Shown: positions 60,473 through 64,000 of the stretch, piece after piece
How positions within the stretch are numbered: the first letter of the stretch is position 1
Layout: each line of letters opens with the position of its first letter
Assembly (NCBI GenBank): GCA_964019425.1
Contig: OZ025805.1
Span: 124,001-188,000, forward strand
Origin: Flectonema sp. DT1601
Lineage: Eukaryota
Length of the DNA stretch: 64,000 bases
Direction: 5' to 3'
Notes under the pieces: model-generated
Told to the model about the DNA's origin: nothing
The model's input: only the letters and a program-made list of their open reading frames with translations
The model's database searches: none
Program-made: the position numbers and the translations under genes

Positions 60473-61492
60473 TCACCAAGTCCGTCTGCTTATCTTCCGT
60501 TCGTACGTAGTCGTGTGCCGTTCCACCAAATCACTCAGGCTACAACAAGTGCGTGTCAAGGCACCCAAATAAGTTATTAATAAGGTGTCACTAAATTCTT
60601 GATTGTATTCTTTTCTAAATGTCTCAGAACTCTGTGTTGGTAGCTTGTGACAAAGAGAAGAAATATCTCGTAAGATCGCATGATCTCCTTGGTGAGTTCC
60701 ATTTTTAACTCCTCTGAGATATTCTCTCACTACTGTTATCCTCTCCTGTAGAGTTTGTAGAGCACTTCTGTATGTCTTTATAGGAGTCACTATACTACTA
60801 GTTCCTGCTCCGTGAGTTACTGAATCGATACTGTTTTTTTTTTTTTTAAGAGTTTTTTTTGAATGAACTTTCCATATAGCAGACTCATATTATCCACATA
60901 CCTTATTCTCTCAGACTCCTCACTCTCAACCATGTAAGGTACCTGTGAAAAACTGTATTTTGGAACATCGCCGACAACTGTTTGTTGGTTGTTTTTTTTT
61001 ATCAGCATAGAATACAAAAGGATTATGTAAGAACGTCGAATAAAACATACCTTGAACGACTGTTTCATGTATCCAAATTGGTAGAGTTCGACAGTCTTCT
61101 GGTGGATGAGTGTCCATTTGTAGTAGTAATGGCGATTCATTGTATCTCATAAGCACTTTGTGAAATGATATTTGCATTTCTTTACCAGTTGTGTACCAAC
61201 CCACAAGTTCGTACGTTGGAAAAACAGCGCTATAATGTCCTTTCTTGTCTTCAAGGTAGGTCGCATCAAGAGTTTCAATACCATTTTCTTCAAGAATTAT
61301 TAGTTCAAAACTAGTGTGAATTTCAACATTTCTCCCTGTTTGTGTACCCAGCAGTGCTCCTACTACTCTCTGAGACTCGTTTTTGCTAACCATCGTCCTT
61401 GTCCAGTGATCAGATATATTTAAAATAACAAGCGGGTGAAGCTTTACATCGAGTCCTGTTGAGGTTCCCTTTTCAGTATTTTGTTCTGCCAT
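60473..61492 (-). CDS. CSN6: COP9 signalosome subunit 6 (MPN domain), 3 exons
   Basis: Motifs VKLHPLVILNISDHWTR, VVGALLGTQTGRNVEIHTSFEL, LVGWY, ESEESERI and ILRDISSLCHKLP. Introns start GTATGT at ~61050 and ~60901. Confidence 0.9.
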
Positions 61493-61649
61493 TCGGGTGA
61501 GGTTTTTTTTTTTTTTTTTTTGTTTTTTACTGATAAACGAGAATAAAAATAATATGTTTGATCAAGGTAATCTATTGTCACACTACCCCTCTCTTGTAAG
61601 ATTTTATCTTGTGAAAAGAAATACTACTAAGTAGCAAGGTACTCACTAA

Positions 61650-63740
61650 ACTATACAAAAGTCTCTACCTTGGCGTGAAGGTGTTCCAATAGCTCGTAGT
61701 CATTGTCTGCTACTTCCATGTGTCTTTGATAGAAAGTTGGCCTAGCAACCTGTTTAACAGGCCAAGAATGCTTTTGGCTTATCTTCCCGAACAACGTCCC
61801 CGACTCGGCCGTCATTTTGGAATCCACGCAATTCTCCCATATCCACACATGGTTATCTCTATTGATGTGCGGCATCTGCGACCGATGATTTGACATTGCG
61901 AGAGACTGGCGCCTTAAACATGATTCGGTCGGCCTCCCGTTTGTCTAATATGCCTTCGAAAAACGTCGACGGACTTTCCTATACAGTTAACCCTCTGCTT
62001 AGCTGGCCACGCCCCTGTCACGTTTTCCGTTGGCTTCGCTCCTTCTCCACCCCAACTGTAGTTTCCTTTACTACCTAGATGCCTCTGCACTGCCTTTGCC
62101 ATGCTTGGGTGGGAATTGTATTTTCTTGAACTCACTCCAAGAAAACACTACTCTGCGATACATCCTGTTCACATTCCGAGTAAATGCTTCCATCTAAAAC
62201 ATCAACCAGATCCCGCACTGAAAGAATTCCATCTCTCAACATTTCCCAATCCCGATGTAATTGACTTGACTGGTATTGCGGGCTACCAGAAGCTGAAGAA
62301 ATGTACTTCGAATACAAGTCGTGAATTAAGTTATCCGTCGCTTGCGGATCAGCCATTGAACGAACCACTCTGCCTCAGTCGCAAAGCTCGGTTCTGCCTC
62401 AGTCGCAAAGCTCGGTTCTGCCTCAGTCGCAAAGCTCGGTTCAAGCGAAATTAACCATTCGACGTTCTTACCCTTCGTCCTATTCTGCTCTTTCATCATC
62501 ACCGCCATTTGTAGCAGCACTTCGCTCTGCGCACCTGAGGCGATACATTGCCAAAATCAGTATAATTCGAGTGAAGATCACCACCAGGAATCGGCGGACA
62601 AGTTTGATGTTCGGTACGAAAATTATAATCCGCTTCAGGACGCATATTCATCTCAGACATGCTTCGCTGCATCTCATCGATGTGACTCTCATCCGATTTA
62701 TTGCAGCGTGCATCCTGCTGTTTTCTTCCTCCAACACATTCTTCTCATCAACTTGCCTGGTCGCATACTTCCTTCACATAGATATCTGCCGCCCATACAC
62801 GAGTATACAAAACCTGGGAAAAGGAATGTGAAAGCCGCACCATCTTCTCCTGCATGCGACTCCACTCCAGGCAAGTGATCGTATGTCGAACTTGCGATCA
62901 CCTCGAATATCGTACCTCATCAGTTCTTGTCGTGATGTGGTTTAACCTTTCGGCATAGTACTTCCATTCTACTGCTCCTCTCTTTCATGCGACAAACAAC
63001 GTTCCGCCCAGCTAAACGCAAACCATCGATGTACATCTGATCAGAAGTTACCTTCTTTGTCTTTGCGGGGCTCTTCTTCGATGCCACATATCGGATATCG
63101 AAAGAACACTTCTTTCCCGCTGGCCATTCAACCGCTTCGACAATGTACTTATTAAGAATTTCATTCTTCAAACATTGTCTTTTTCGGACCGCCCCCATCA
63201 CAGTGGTGTTATCCACTCTTATCTGCAGATGTCATCCCTTCAAACAGCGATCATTCAGAGCACCAAGTGTATTCTTCAGCGCCGCTTCCTCCAAGATGTT
63301 AATGTAGAGACCTTTCTCCTGCACCAAGAAACGATGTCCCTGTAAATCAGGATACAGTTGCGTTGTTTGTGACAGCAACAAAGGTCTCGAAGCAAGCAAT
63401 GCTGGCCTACGCAAAGGCGTTCTCAGGCATGCTGAAGAGGATAGGTTTGGAAAACGAGACATTGAAGCAAATTCAGACGACTAGCAATAGTGGTTGCCAT
63501 AATCTCTGGAGCACAAGAGTGACCCATGTGGTAATCATCTGATTAATTCATACCAATGGTTGTCTTCAGTCTTAAACCTGAAGTGTTTCCTTCGATCGGA
63601 ATCTCAACTTGGTAAAATCCAGTTCTGAAACCCCTCCCACTTACACACTCATCTAGAGCTGCATCGAGATATTCCGATATTTCGATAAGTGGGAAGTAAC
63701 GTCTGTGACTGATGTCCCAATGGAACATCAGTCACAACCA
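61650..63740 (-). mobile_element. Degenerate DIRS/TATE-like retroelement remnant (RT + RNase H fragments)
   Basis: RT-like motifs GFYQVEIP and MGHSCAPEI; DIRS-type RNase H DNTTVMGAVRK...IRYVASKKSPA. Many frameshifts and higher GC than the flanks. Confidence 0.55.
62389..62442. repeat. 21-bp tandem repeat, ~2.5 copies (tctgcctcagtcgcaaagctcggt)
   Basis: Read directly from the sequence. Confidence 0.9.
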
Positions 63741-64000
63741 ATGCCATTAGAAACTAATAAATCAGCATGCAACCGAGAGAAGAAGCTATCTCGTATCTTC
63801 GATTTGTTTAAATTCAGCACATGATCAAAGGACAGATTCATGCACCTGTAATGTTGTCAGAGTCTCTTGTAGAAAACAAGGAACTTTTTACTGTGGATTC
63901 TATTTTTATAAAGTTAAGATCAATTGAACCAGTATCCATCGTTGATGAGATGAAGACAAAGGGGGAGATGAGGGCAAGGGGGGAGGTGCGATAGGTGTTT

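Noticed and set aside
61650..63740. RT remnant as a DGR enzyme diversifying the LRR genes
   Set aside because: It is fragmented, DIRS-like with RNase H, and 30 kb away, and no template repeat is visible.

Overview
AT-rich eukaryotic nuclear DNA, most likely a euglenozoan (diplonemid-like). The evidence is that every recognisable gene lies on the minus strand, cytochrome c has the single-cysteine AGQCH heme motif, and short GT-AG cis-introns are present. Positions 1-8 kb hold the 5' two-thirds of an axonemal dynein heavy chain. Positions 8-33.6 kb are an unstable, amplified region with five intact paralogues of an uncharacterised gene: an N-terminal ubiquitin-like domain, a linker, 7-11 exchangeable 25-aa LRR modules with hypervariable positions, and a C-cap. 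These genes are interleaved with related pseudogenes, scrambled copies of the neighbouring dynein gene, Sola-like transposon remnants and MITEs. Positions 34-61.5 kb hold ordinary housekeeping genes: SNF2-RING helicase, SET-like protein, PPR protein, RBM34/Nop12, a TrmJ-like methyltransferase with a truncated duplicate, SUZ protein, cytochrome c, NDUFV1, Rab11B-like GTPase and CSN6. Positions 61.6-63.8 kb hold a decayed DIRS/TATE-like retroelement. The best candidate for a new system is the diversifying Ubl-LRR array, which may be an intracellular recognition-and-degradation repertoire. All coordinates and family assignments were made by eye, without database searches.
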